A stretch of 63,556 bases of DNA from an uncultured Desulfobacteraceae bacterium (GCA_964346905.1 CAYFXH010000005.1:1-63556); one strand, 5' to 3'. Counted from the first letter of the stretch, positions 9,268 to 17,902 are shown. Program-made: numbers and translations. The notes: generated by a model from the letters alone, not told the origin.

Positions 9268-9434
9268 AAGGACAGACAATTTGTGAAGGTCCACCTAGAG
9301 CACCGGCCACCCGTTGAACCACGCAGCTGCTGGAAGACACTGGTGTTTCCTTGGAACGGATATCTCCTGGACTACGTGAAACTTCCAGGGGGTATTTCAT
9401 ACCTGATCGCTACCCTTAACAAACAGGAGAGATA

Positions 9435-10208
9435 ATGGAATACAAGGATATCCAGGTCCGATTGGATGGTCCCATGGCCACCCTGTTGTTGGACCGGCCC
9501 GAGAAACGGAACGCGCTGTCGCTCAACACTCTGGAGGAGATGATCCACGCCCTTACGTATTTGGCGATGCGCCAAGAGGTGAGGGTGGTGGTTCTCCGGG
9601 GCAATGGCCCCGTCTTTTCAGCAGGGCATGACTTGAAAGAACTCAAGGCGGGCGATTTTCAGGATTACCGTCACATCTTTGCAACCTGCATGAAGATGAT
9701 GCTTTTGCTCTGCGAGATACCACAGCCAGTGATCGCGGCGGTGCATGGCATTGCCACCGCCGCCGGTTGCCAACTGGTGGCGGCCTGTGACCTGGCGATT
9801 GCGGCCGAAGATGCACGCTTTGCTACCCCCGGGGTGAAGATCGGCTTCTTTTGTACAACGCCGATGGTGCCTTTAAGTCGGGTAGTGGGCCGCAAGAAGG
9901 CGCTGGAGATGCTGCTCACCGGGGAATTTATCTCGGCTCAGGAGGCGATGCAGTTCGGACTGGTGAATAGGGTGGTTCCCGCCGAGGAGTTGGATGATGC
10001 TGTACAGAAGCTGGCTGATACCATCTCTCAGTTTAGCCGGCGTGTCCTTGGCACAGGGAAGGAAACCTTTTATCAACAAGTTGAGATGTCGGAGCGGTTG
10101 GCCTATGCTTACGCCAGTGAGGTTATTTCGGTCAACGGGGTGATGCCCGTGGCCCGGGAGGGCATGGCCGCATTTTTGGAAAAACGAGATCCGGTGTGGC
10201 CGGAATGA
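9435..10208 (+). CDS. Enoyl-CoA hydratase/isomerase (crotonase) family protein
   Basis: 257 aa. Motifs LDRPEKRNALS, FSAGHDLKE and VHGIATAAGCQLVAACD. Confidence 0.85.
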   Translation: MEYKDIQVRLDGPMATLLLDRPEKRNALSLNTLEEMIHALTYLAMRQEVRVVVLRGNGPVFSAGHDLKELKAGDFQDYRHIFATCMKMMLLLCEIPQPVIAAVHGIATAAGCQLVAACDLAIAAEDARFATPGVKIGFFCTTPMVPLSRVVGRKKALEMLLTGEFISAQEAMQFGLVNRVVPAEELDDAVQKLADTISQFSRRVLGTGKETFYQQVEMSERLAYAYASEVISVNGVMPVAREGMAAFLEKRDPVWPE

Positions 10209-10379
10209 TTTCGCAAAGCGCAAAGCGCAGAGCGCAAAGCGTTTATTCTGAATTTTTTGATTTATCCGGCTATTCGATCTGCAGTTAGTATATATTTAGA
10301 GTCCAAATTGTAAGAGCATCCTAGCCCTTATAGATTTCTTGTCACCCGCTATGCGCTATGCGCTTTGCGCTTTGCGAAA
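10209..10379. repeat. 171 bp inverted-repeat element with heptamer-tandem arms (CGCAAAG)n
   Basis: The left arm is TTTCGCAAAGCGCAAAGCGCAGAGCGCAAAGCG (10209-10241). The right arm is CGCTATGCGCTATGCGCTTTGCGCTTTGCGAAA (10347-10379). They are reverse complements at 31 of 33 positions and enclose a 105 bp AT-rich core. Confidence 0.85.
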
Positions 10380-10395
10380 AAGAAAGGAGAGAGGT

Positions 10396-10713
10396 ATGTA
10401 TTTGCCGAAACCATTCAAGGAGTTTGAGAGTCAATACCCCGAGATTGCTAAGCTCTATGAAGAACTGGGGGTTAAGTGCCAATCGGCCGGACCCTTGGAG
10501 GCAAAAACTCGGTATCTGGTTAACTTGGGGATTGCAGTGGGTGCGGTCTCGCCGGGGGCGGTAAAATCTCATGCCCGCAAAGCCCTAGAGAAAGGGGCTT
10601 CCGCCGAAGAACTCTATCATGCACTGCTGCTCGCGCTCACCACGATAGGATTCCCGGCAATGATAGCCGCCATCGGCTGGGTGGAAGAGGTCATAGCAGC
10701 TGAAGGAAAGTAA
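10396..10713 (+). CDS. Carboxymuconolactone decarboxylase / AhpD-like family protein
   Basis: The ATG at 10396 follows AAAGGAGAGAGG. The sequence reads MYLPKPFKEFESQYPEIAKLYEELG...TRYLVNLGIAVGA...ELYHALLLALTTIGFPA. The track ORF 10339.. starts inside the repeat arm. Confidence 0.65.
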   Translation: MYLPKPFKEFESQYPEIAKLYEELGVKCQSAGPLEAKTRYLVNLGIAVGAVSPGAVKSHARKALEKGASAEELYHALLLALTTIGFPAMIAAIGWVEEVIAAEGK

Positions 10714-10715
10714 CC

Positions 10716-11249
10716 GTGTTCAACCCAGAGCAAATCCAGGTGGTCTCCCAGGCGGTGGAAATTGCTGAGGACGTGACCGCCAATTATTTCAAAATCTCCA
10801 CCGCCCAGTGGAAGCACGTGCGCTACGATATTCGGACCCTTGCTGAGCTTAGAGCCGAAGAGATTACGGAGTCCGCCTTTGCTCAGATCACCCGCTACGG
10901 TGGCAAACGTGACCACACCCCAGGCGGCGAGCGGTACTATGATTACTTCAAAATCTGCCTGCAGGATCACAACATAATGGCGGCGGTGGAGCGGGATGGA
11001 CCGTTGGAGCTGTTCCCCCTCACAGTGTATGTGGTTACCCACGAACTGGTGCACGTGGTTCGCTTCTGCACATTTCTGCAGCGCTTTGATGCAGAACCGG
11101 TGAAGCGTCAGCAGGAGGAAGTGCGGGTGCACGAGATCACCCAGAAAGCGCTCGGCACCCTGGGCCTCTCTCATCTGGATTATGTACTGAGAGTTTACCA
11201 GAACTATGAATTCATGGAGAAGTTCAGAGATCACGGTGATATTGGCTAG
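10716..11249 (+). CDS. Hypothetical protein with a single HExxH motif (THELVHVVRF)
   Basis: 177 aa with a GTG start after GAAGGAAAG. It is tightly coupled to the upstream gene. I recognise no family. Confidence 0.5.
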   Translation: MFNPEQIQVVSQAVEIAEDVTANYFKISTAQWKHVRYDIRTLAELRAEEITESAFAQITRYGGKRDHTPGGERYYDYFKICLQDHNIMAAVERDGPLELFPLTVYVVTHELVHVVRFCTFLQRFDAEPVKRQQEEVRVHEITQKALGTLGLSHLDYVLRVYQNYEFMEKFRDHGDIG

Positions 11250-11319
11250 CCGGGTGGTCGGTTAATTGTTTGGTCCGTCGTAGCAGCGTTAGTATTTACC
11301 TGAATCAATCTTGTGCTCA

Positions 11320-11404
11320 TGTAGGAGCAAAGTCCCCGTTGCGATCCGCTTGGAGCTTAGCCTACTTCCACTTCTTTTATCGCGACCTGGAGGTCGCTCC
11401 TACA
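11320..11404. repeat. REP-like nested palindrome
   Basis: TGTAGGAGC (11320-11328) pairs with GCTCCTACA (11396-11404). An inner hairpin GCGACC-TGGA-GGTCGC sits at 11382-11397. Confidence 0.6.
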
Positions 11405-11471
11405 GCGAACTGGACTTCTAAAATCCATCATGACTTACGATTAATGACTAATGACGAGATTCACGAACCCC

Positions 11472-11499
11472 TTGACAAACGGCCAATGTTGATTATATA
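11472..11499 (+). promoter_or_regulatory. Candidate sigma-70 promoter for the FmdB-like gene
   Basis: TTGACA (11472-11477), a 16 nt spacer, then TATATA (11494-11499). It lies about 60 nt upstream of the GTG at 11562. Confidence 0.4.
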
Positions 11500-11561
11500 C
11501 AGACAGGCCGTGCAACCAGAGGCGGTGTGCTTATCATCATCGTTCTTGGAGGTGAGAACGC

Positions 11562-11852
11562 GTGCCCATCTATGAATACGAATGCAGCAGGTGTCATCAG
11601 ATTACTGAAGCCTTGCAGAAGTTCTCTGACCCGCCCCTGCGCACCTGTTCGCACTGCCAGGGAAGACTCAGAAAATTGATGTCCTTGAACAGTTTTCACC
11701 TCAAAGGAAGTGGCTGGTACGTTACCGATTACGCAGGCAAAAATGGTGGTAATCAAGCGAAGCCAAGCAAGAGCGAAACAAGCGATAAAGATGTAAAGGC
11801 CAGCACGTCTGAAAAAAGTGACTCTAGCAGTAAGAGTTCCTCAAAGCCGTAA
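11562..11852 (+). CDS. FmdB-family zinc-ribbon protein (CxxC...CxxC) with a Ser/Lys-rich tail
   Basis: GTG start after GGAGGTGA. The sequence is MPIYEYECSRCHQITEALQKFSDPPLRTCSHCQGRLRKLMS. Confidence 0.8.
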   Translation: MPIYEYECSRCHQITEALQKFSDPPLRTCSHCQGRLRKLMSLNSFHLKGSGWYVTDYAGKNGGNQAKPSKSETSDKDVKASTSEKSDSSSKSSSKP

Positions 11853-11905
11853 TTCCTGAATTCCTCAATTTCTCAATCCCGCAAACCCGAATCCTTCAAT
11901 CCCTT
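11851..11905. repeat. About 8 nt periodic tandem repeat (AATTCCTG AATTCCTC AATTTCTC AATCCCGC AAACCCG AATCCTTC AATCCCTT)
   Basis: Read directly. It starts inside the TAA stop of the FmdB-like gene and overlaps the 3' end of the convergent ORF. Confidence 0.7.
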
Positions 11906-12342
11906 TCGCCCACCGACAGGTAGTCCCAGGGTTGGGATGTGAATAAATGGCGGGGAAATTGGGAAATGAGGCGCCCAGGAAGGTAGAGAGCACAGCCGAT
12001 GATAACGGTATCCATTGCAATGATGACATAGCCGAAGCTTGCGGGAAATTCACCCTTGATCTCTTGCTCTTCAACCAGCTTTTTCAATTGGAAGGGTTGC
12101 AGAACAACAATGTTTTTCTCTGCGTGACTGCCAAAGAGCTGCAGAGCTACCGAGGTTGGCTTGAGGTGTGGCTTTATCCAGCGAAGCAGCGGTAAGCCGA
12201 CGGATTCCACCCTCAGTAAAGCCAGTTTCTCCAGCCGGCGGTCCTTGGTCACTAACCAAACAGTACGGCCGCGCCTGAAAAGGAGGTGGTTGGCAAAAAC
12301 TGCCTGGGGAATGCCAAAACGGGCCTGGAGAAACCCCAACAA
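11896..12342 (-). CDS. RsmF C-terminal (PUA-like) domain encoded as a separate ORF
   Basis: LLGFLQARFGIP...GLPLLRWIKPHLKPTS...GYVIIAMDTVIIGCALYLPGRLISQFPRH resembles the C-terminal domains of RsmF. There is no ATG. The likely TTG start is at 12342 or 12339, and the frame is open up to 12444. Confidence 0.5.
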   Translation of the reverse strand: MLGFLQARFGIPQAVFANHLLFRRGRTVWLVTKDRRLEKLALLRVESVGLPLLRWIKPHLKPTSVALQLFGSHAEKNIVVLQPFQLKKLVEEQEIKGEFPASFGYVIIAMDTVIIGCALYLPGRLISQFPRHLFTSQPWDYLSVGERD

Positions 12343-12352
12343 ATGATTTCTT

Positions 12353-13270
12353 TCAGAATTCTCTACGAACTTTGGCCAGGAAGAACCCCACTGTATCGAG
12401 CTGGTGGGGGTAGATGCGCCAGCACTGCTTGATGGAGGATGCATAGGTTGTCTCCTTCCACTGGTTCAGACCGGGACTGTGCGGCACCTCTAGGGTAATG
12501 GGCTGGACTTTTGCCGGCCTGTTTTCCAAAAGGAACTGAATTACGCTTTCATTTTCATCCGGGTTGTAGGTGCAGGTGGAATAAACCAGAGAACCACCCG
12601 GCTTAAGAAGATCAAAACCCCTGAGGAGGAGATCGCCCTGCAGTCCGGGCAGCTTTTTGCCAGGCTGGGCTGGCTGCCGAAGAGTACCATTTGCTCCGGT
12701 GCGTAATGTCCCCTCGGCCGAACATGGTACATCCACCAGGACTCGGTCAAATGCATATCTTTTGGGAAAATGCTGGCCGGGATAACGCACAGTGACGGTG
12801 TTGGTAACTCCTAACCTCTTCAGATTGGCGTGGAGAGGGATGAGACGCTTTGCACTCCTGTCGTTGGCCACGATTAATCCTCTATTTCTCATAAGCTGAG
12901 CGAGCAAACTCGTCTTGCTGCCCGGAGCGGCACACAGATCGAGAACCAAGTCACCGGTTCTCGGTGCAAGGACGAGACCAGCCAACACCGACGAGAGGGC
13001 CTGAGCATGGAGGTGGCCTAAGGAAAACTCAAGAAGGTAGCCAGGCTGGGCAACATTATCGGCACGAAAAACCATGGCGACGGATTCTTCTGGTACCAGA
13101 AAGACACCACTTTTCTCCAGTCTCAAGCGGACTTCGGTTGCAGAGCCTTTTAACGTATTGATGCGCAGGTGCACCGGTAGGGGGTCAGAAAGCTTCCTGC
13201 AGAAGGCAGCGAAGTCTGGAATGATTTTGGCGTAGGTGGAAAAGAGTTCTTTAGGGGTTTGGCCGGGCAT
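12353..13270 (-). CDS. NOL1/NOP2/Sun-family RNA cytosine-C5 methyltransferase (RsmF/RsmB-like catalytic domain)
   Basis: 305 aa. Motifs LDLCAAPGSKT, DVPCSAEGT and YSTCTY, ending in DTVGFFLAKVRREF. Confidence 0.85.
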   Translation of the reverse strand: MPGQTPKELFSTYAKIIPDFAAFCRKLSDPLPVHLRINTLKGSATEVRLRLEKSGVFLVPEESVAMVFRADNVAQPGYLLEFSLGHLHAQALSSVLAGLVLAPRTGDLVLDLCAAPGSKTSLLAQLMRNRGLIVANDRSAKRLIPLHANLKRLGVTNTVTVRYPGQHFPKRYAFDRVLVDVPCSAEGTLRTGANGTLRQPAQPGKKLPGLQGDLLLRGFDLLKPGGSLVYSTCTYNPDENESVIQFLLENRPAKVQPITLEVPHSPGLNQWKETTYASSIKQCWRIYPHQLDTVGFFLAKVRREF

Positions 13271-13426
13271 GGGGATCGTTGGTAACTCAGAATTTGGTAT
13301 GCAACATGTGGATTTCGGAATGCAGATTGTTCCTTGTTTTCACCTGTATTAAACGAGCACATACAGTGAACATACAAGAGATTCACCATGCAGTAGTCAA
13401 AGCCAAGGAATCATTGCTCTGCACAT

Positions 13427-13720
13427 CTATAGGTCGTTGTGATCCTCTCGATGCGAGGAGTCGGGTGCCAGTCGGGGATGGTCAACACCCGGTGGCGTCT
13501 GCGCATGACGCAGACGGGCTACGATCCGCACAACCACGCCAAGCAGGATGACAGCGCTGATCAAGATGATCAGGTTGGAGGCAAAGAAGGTAAGGATGAA
13601 CTGGTGCGGATGGCTAAGGTTATAGGAGGCTAGGCAAAGATTGATCCCCAGAATAAGGAAAAAGATGGCCAGTAAACCACTGGCAGTGCTCATGGTCCAC
13701 CAGACCACTTTCCTCACCAC
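13427..13720 (-). CDS. Small two-TM membrane protein, hypothetical
   Basis: 97 aa with two hydrophobic spans. Its start overlaps the stop of the upstream kinase-like gene by 7 nt. Confidence 0.45.
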   Translation of the reverse strand: MVRKVVWWTMSTASGLLAIFFLILGINLCLASYNLSHPHQFILTFFASNLIILISAVILLGVVVRIVARLRHAQTPPGVDHPRLAPDSSHREDHNDL

Positions 13721-15132
13721 GGTACACTCCCTCCTTCTTCTTGACCGCTGCTGACCGCCACCTGGTTTTGCCGTTGCGGCAAGATAAAGTAAAAGGTATT
13801 GCCATACTTCTGGGGCTCCACTCCCACCTCACCCCCGTGGATCTCGATTATATGTTTGACAAAGTAAAGGCCGTGACCTGTGCCGACCTTGATGTCGCTT
13901 CCTGGGCTCCGGTAACCTTCATCGAAAAGCCTATCACTCTCATCAACAGGTATGGGTTTGCCGGTGGTGAAAACGGTGAACTTGACCCCATTTATCCCCT
14001 GGCCAAAATAGTCTTTCAAGATCTTTTTGCCATATGAGACAAACTTAACACTATAGCCGAACTCGTCCTCGATCTCCTCAGTATATTTGACCGCGTTGGA
14101 AAAGAAATTATCGTAAACCTGAGCCAGGAGGCCCTTGTCAACCACCAGCTCCAGGAGTTCGTCGGAAACTTCTTCCAAGCGGTTGTCCACCTTGATATTT
14201 TTTTGTTTGAAATGCGGCAAATAGCCTGCCAAAGTGGGCTCGATAATTTCCGTTCTGAAATTACACCGCTGCTTGCGAAGCACATAGGTGCCGTGCCGGA
14301 AGTGGTCACGGCGCAGCAAGGTTTCCAGATAGAGGCTGGAGCGCTCGTAGTGCCTCTCCATCTCCTTTCTCGATTCATCTAAAGTCTCGATGTTGTTCCC
14401 CAGCGCGTTGTAGATTTCGCGCAGTTTTTGACAGGTCCGATCATCAATCTCTGGGCAGAACGATACCAGCTCGCGGACCTTTTCCTGTATCTCAACGTTG
14501 TTTTGAATGCTCCGCAGGAGCTTTTTTAGAAAGAGACGGTAGTAGAGATTAGGAGAGATTACATTGTGATCGATATCCGCGACCAGTTGGTTGATGAATT
14601 TGATATGGTGCAGATTCTGATGGATTAGCTGCTTTTGATGCAGGTTATAGCCGATTCGGTTGGTGAACTTCTCGAGGAAAAAGCGTTGCTGCTCGTTAAT
14701 TTTATCCGCTGGGAATAATTCAAACATGCCAAGTATGCCTTTTACATGTTGGAAGGGCAAAAGCTCGCCCACCGCCCTGTTTCCTCGAATGGGAATGACA
14801 TATGAGTGCTCGGTAAAGTAAGGATTTTCCTGGACGACGATCTCCGGATTGGCAGCGGAGAAATCCTTTTCAAGGCCGTTGGCGCTGGAACAGACTAGGC
14901 CTAATGTCTCGCCATCTTCAACCAACAAGTAAAGCCGGGCATCGAGATCGAAGAATTCTTTGGGCACTAAGGTGCAAACGAGATAGAGGCTATCCAGGGC
15001 GGTATATTCCTGAGCCAGATCAAAAAAAGAGGCGAAGGCCTCTTCTTGAAGACGTTCGAAGTTGTACTGGGTATAATTCTCGAGCTTCTCCCTGACCCTC
15101 TCGCGCACTCTTTCCATTTTACTTCGGCCCAT
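13714..15132 (-). CDS. Cytoplasmic sensor histidine-kinase-like protein (N-terminal GAF-like region + HATPase_c)
   Basis: 472 aa with an AGAGGAAG RBS. The C-terminal region has NFFSNAVKYT (N box) and GTGHGLYFVKHIIEIHGG (G2 box). The DHp His region is atypical (ADIDHNVISP). Confidence 0.7.
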   Translation of the reverse strand: MGRSKMERVRERVREKLENYTQYNFERLQEEAFASFFDLAQEYTALDSLYLVCTLVPKEFFDLDARLYLLVEDGETLGLVCSSANGLEKDFSAANPEIVVQENPYFTEHSYVIPIRGNRAVGELLPFQHVKGILGMFELFPADKINEQQRFFLEKFTNRIGYNLHQKQLIHQNLHHIKFINQLVADIDHNVISPNLYYRLFLKKLLRSIQNNVEIQEKVRELVSFCPEIDDRTCQKLREIYNALGNNIETLDESRKEMERHYERSSLYLETLLRRDHFRHGTYVLRKQRCNFRTEIIEPTLAGYLPHFKQKNIKVDNRLEEVSDELLELVVDKGLLAQVYDNFFSNAVKYTEEIEDEFGYSVKFVSYGKKILKDYFGQGINGVKFTVFTTGKPIPVDESDRLFDEGYRSPGSDIKVGTGHGLYFVKHIIEIHGGEVGVEPQKYGNTFYFILPQRQNQVAVSSGQEEGGSVPW

Positions 15133-15349
15133 TGCTTCCTCTGTAATCTTTTGAGCTCAGGGGTATGAGACTTGTTTTTCAACGCTACCCCGGATTGAGT
15201 TACATAAGGTGCTCACACAATACGAGCCGATATTCCATAGAAATCTCTCTAGATAGCCTTTGTTATAAAGTCACAGGGGGAGGATTTCAAGTCTTAATCG
15301 GTGTATTTACTAGGCGGAGGGATACCAGAGAGGGGTTAGCCAAAGCATT

Positions 15350-16483
15350 CTATGTTCGATGGCGAGTTCTAGGAACAGGCAGGGTTATTATCAGAGTGAC
15401 TTGCTGGTCACAGCCGTTTTTGATGACCACGTTACCGCCATGTTGGGAGATGATCTGCTGGGAGAGGGGAATTCCGACTCCGCCGTCGAGGGCGGGCTCT
15501 CGGTAGAATGGAAAGAATAGTTGGCAGTCATTGAGAGGTTTGGGATTGAGGCTGTTACCATTGATCTCAATGACCACATGTCGATGGTTGAGGGTGGTAG
15601 AAATGGTGAGTTCGCTGCCTGCCGCCATGCCTCGTATCATGGTTTCAACGATGGAACGGAGGCTCTCTTCTATCAGGTACCGATCTAGCTCTATCTCGGG
15701 TATCGTCCTGCTCATATTGGTGGTGAGCTGAATTCCCGTATGATGGAAGTGGTGGTGTAGTTGCTTGAGGACTTTGGTCAATATCTCGTTGATATCGCTC
15801 GGCACTGTCTGCAAACGGATTCGCTTGAAGCTGCTCAAAACTCGATTGAGGATCTCCTCCAGCCGGGAAACCTCCTTCACAATAACATCTAGGTGGGCGC
15901 GGTTGGGGTCGTTTGAAGCCATTCGCCGGTCGAGCAAGCGAGCAAAACCACCAATGGAGGTGAGCGGGTTGCGAATCTCATGGGCAACGCTTAGGGACAT
16001 GTCATTGAGCACTTTGATTCTTTCGGTGAGCACCAACTGATCTTCCAGGTACTTTCTATTGGTGATATCAAAAACGAAGCCGTCAATACAATACAGTCCC
16101 GTGTTGCGTTTGACCGGAATGGTATGGTTGATGATGTGACGCACCGTGCGCTCGCGGTGAATAATCCGGTACTCAAGGGTAAAACTTTTCCCCTCTTTCA
16201 AGTACCGTTCTCGGCTAATCTGCACACGTTGTCGGTCCTCAGGATGGATATGTCGGTCCCAGAAGAACTGGTCCTGCTGGATTTCCTCGTCAGTGTAACC
16301 AAAGACCTTTAGACAATAAGGGCTTATGTAGATGGTGCTGAGCTGGCAGTCTAGGCTATAGGCCACCAGTGGCGCATGTTCGAAAAGGCGGCGGTACCTT
16401 TGTTCACAATCTTCCGGCTCTGAAGTGCGATGGAGAGCATCAAAATCGCTGAGGTTGGGGCTTCCGTGCCGCGGGGATCTCAT
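15350..16483 (-). CDS. PAS-domain sensor histidine kinase
   Basis: 377 aa. PAS region, then the H box LSVAHEIRNPLTSIGGFARLL and an HATPase region. I saw no TM segment. Confidence 0.82.
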   Translation of the reverse strand: MRSPRHGSPNLSDFDALHRTSEPEDCEQRYRRLFEHAPLVAYSLDCQLSTIYISPYCLKVFGYTDEEIQQDQFFWDRHIHPEDRQRVQISRERYLKEGKSFTLEYRIIHRERTVRHIINHTIPVKRNTGLYCIDGFVFDITNRKYLEDQLVLTERIKVLNDMSLSVAHEIRNPLTSIGGFARLLDRRMASNDPNRAHLDVIVKEVSRLEEILNRVLSSFKRIRLQTVPSDINEILTKVLKQLHHHFHHTGIQLTTNMSRTIPEIELDRYLIEESLRSIVETMIRGMAAGSELTISTTLNHRHVVIEINGNSLNPKPLNDCQLFFPFYREPALDGGVGIPLSQQIISQHGGNVVIKNGCDQQVTLIITLPVPRTRHRT

Positions 16484-16646
16484 CAGACTTTCCCTGAAAC
16501 CAACTTCAGTGTGATCGACTGTAGACCATGGCGTATATATGTACTAGCGGCGGAGTGTAAAATATTTTTCATTAATTCTCAAGAAAAAAATGCAAAAAAT
16601 GTCGAAAAAACCAAATTTTATCATCCACAAAATTTTTGACATTTTA

Positions 16647-16674
16647 TTGACACTCATCGGCGCTGATGTGTCAA
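16647..16674. promoter_or_regulatory. Palindrome TTGACAC(T)CATC-GGCGCT-GATGTGTCAA upstream of fabH, next to a direct TTGACAT repeat
   Basis: Read directly. TTGACA words occur at 16636 and 16647, 11 bp apart. The site is about 240 bp upstream of fabH in an AT-rich region. Confidence 0.4.
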
Positions 16675-16912
16675 GAGTAAGTGGACGTATCTATCGCTCT
16701 GTACATCATTTCATCCTCACTAGGCAGCATCCCTATCCCATCCCTTTGCCCTGCTGGCTCATCCGGCTAGGCTGTAGTGACCACGGACACCCGACAACAA
16801 CCTAGGTATAGTTGGAGTTGTTTGACTTTAACGGACCATCTTTGTTAGAGGTTTAGTTGGGTTTTTGAGGTGATTTCGGGGTACGTGAGCCAGATTGGAA
16901 GGAGAATGAAAC

Positions 16913-17902
16913 ATGACTGTGGCAAGGATCATCGGCACCGGCTCATATCTTCCGGAGCGGGTTCTTTCTAATTTTGATCTTGAAAAGATGGTGGATACCT
17001 CTGATGAGTGGATCCGCAAGCGCACTGGTATCAGAGAGCGGCGGCTAGCTCAGTCGGATCAAAGTGCTTCTGACTTGGGCAAGGAAGCAGCTTTGCAGGC
17101 TCTGGTTCAGGCAAAAATGGAGCCAGACGATCTAGATCTCCTGGTGATGGCTACCATCACCCCTGATACCTGCTGTCCCTCTGGCGCGAATTGGCTGGAG
17201 AAGAAGATCGGTGCCAGACGTGCCGTTTCGTTTGATGTCACAGCTGCCTGCTGCGGCTTTATTTTTGGCCTTTCCGTGGCAGAGCAGTATCTCAAGAACG
17301 GCACCTATGCCAATGCAATGGTGGTGGCCGCCGAAGTAATGAGCCGGACGGTAAACTGGCAGGATCGTAGTTCCTGTATTCTTTGGGGTGATGGGGCAGG
17401 GGCTGCAGTGCTAGATACTCGGAGGGTAGATGGCGGTGAGATCTTGTCTACCATCCTCCACACTGACGGCTCTCAAGGGGAAAACCTTCTCATGCCAGGC
17501 GGCGGCTCAAGAACTACCCCCATCAGTCATGAAAGCGTGGAACGGGGGCTCCACTATTTGCAACTCATTGAAGCACCAACCACCTTTCGGGTGGCTGTGG
17601 AGCATTTTACCATGGCCTGCGAAAAAGCCCTGGAAGCAAACGGATTAGCCGCTGATCAAATTGCTTTGTATATACCCCATCAGGCCAATATTCGAATCAT
17701 GCGGGCCATGGCCAGAAAACTCAAGGTTTCCATGGATCGCATCTTTGTAAACATCGACCGTTACGGCAACATCTCCTCGGCGAGTATGGCAATCGCCCTT
17801 GATGAGGCCAGACGGCAGGACCGCATTAAGAGGGGAGATCTCGTGCTTCTCTGCGGTTTTGGGGGTGGTCTAACCTGGGGCAGCAGCCTAATTCGTTGGT
17901 GA
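16913..17902 (+). CDS. fabH: Beta-ketoacyl-ACP synthase III
   Basis: 329 aa. The active-site Cys context reads FDVTAACCGFIFGL. Also present are IPHQANIRIM and GFGGGLTWGS. Confidence 0.9.
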   Translation: MTVARIIGTGSYLPERVLSNFDLEKMVDTSDEWIRKRTGIRERRLAQSDQSASDLGKEAALQALVQAKMEPDDLDLLVMATITPDTCCPSGANWLEKKIGARRAVSFDVTAACCGFIFGLSVAEQYLKNGTYANAMVVAAEVMSRTVNWQDRSSCILWGDGAGAAVLDTRRVDGGEILSTILHTDGSQGENLLMPGGGSRTTPISHESVERGLHYLQLIEAPTTFRVAVEHFTMACEKALEANGLAADQIALYIPHQANIRIMRAMARKLKVSMDRIFVNIDRYGNISSASMAIALDEARRQDRIKRGDLVLLCGFGGGLTWGSSLIRW

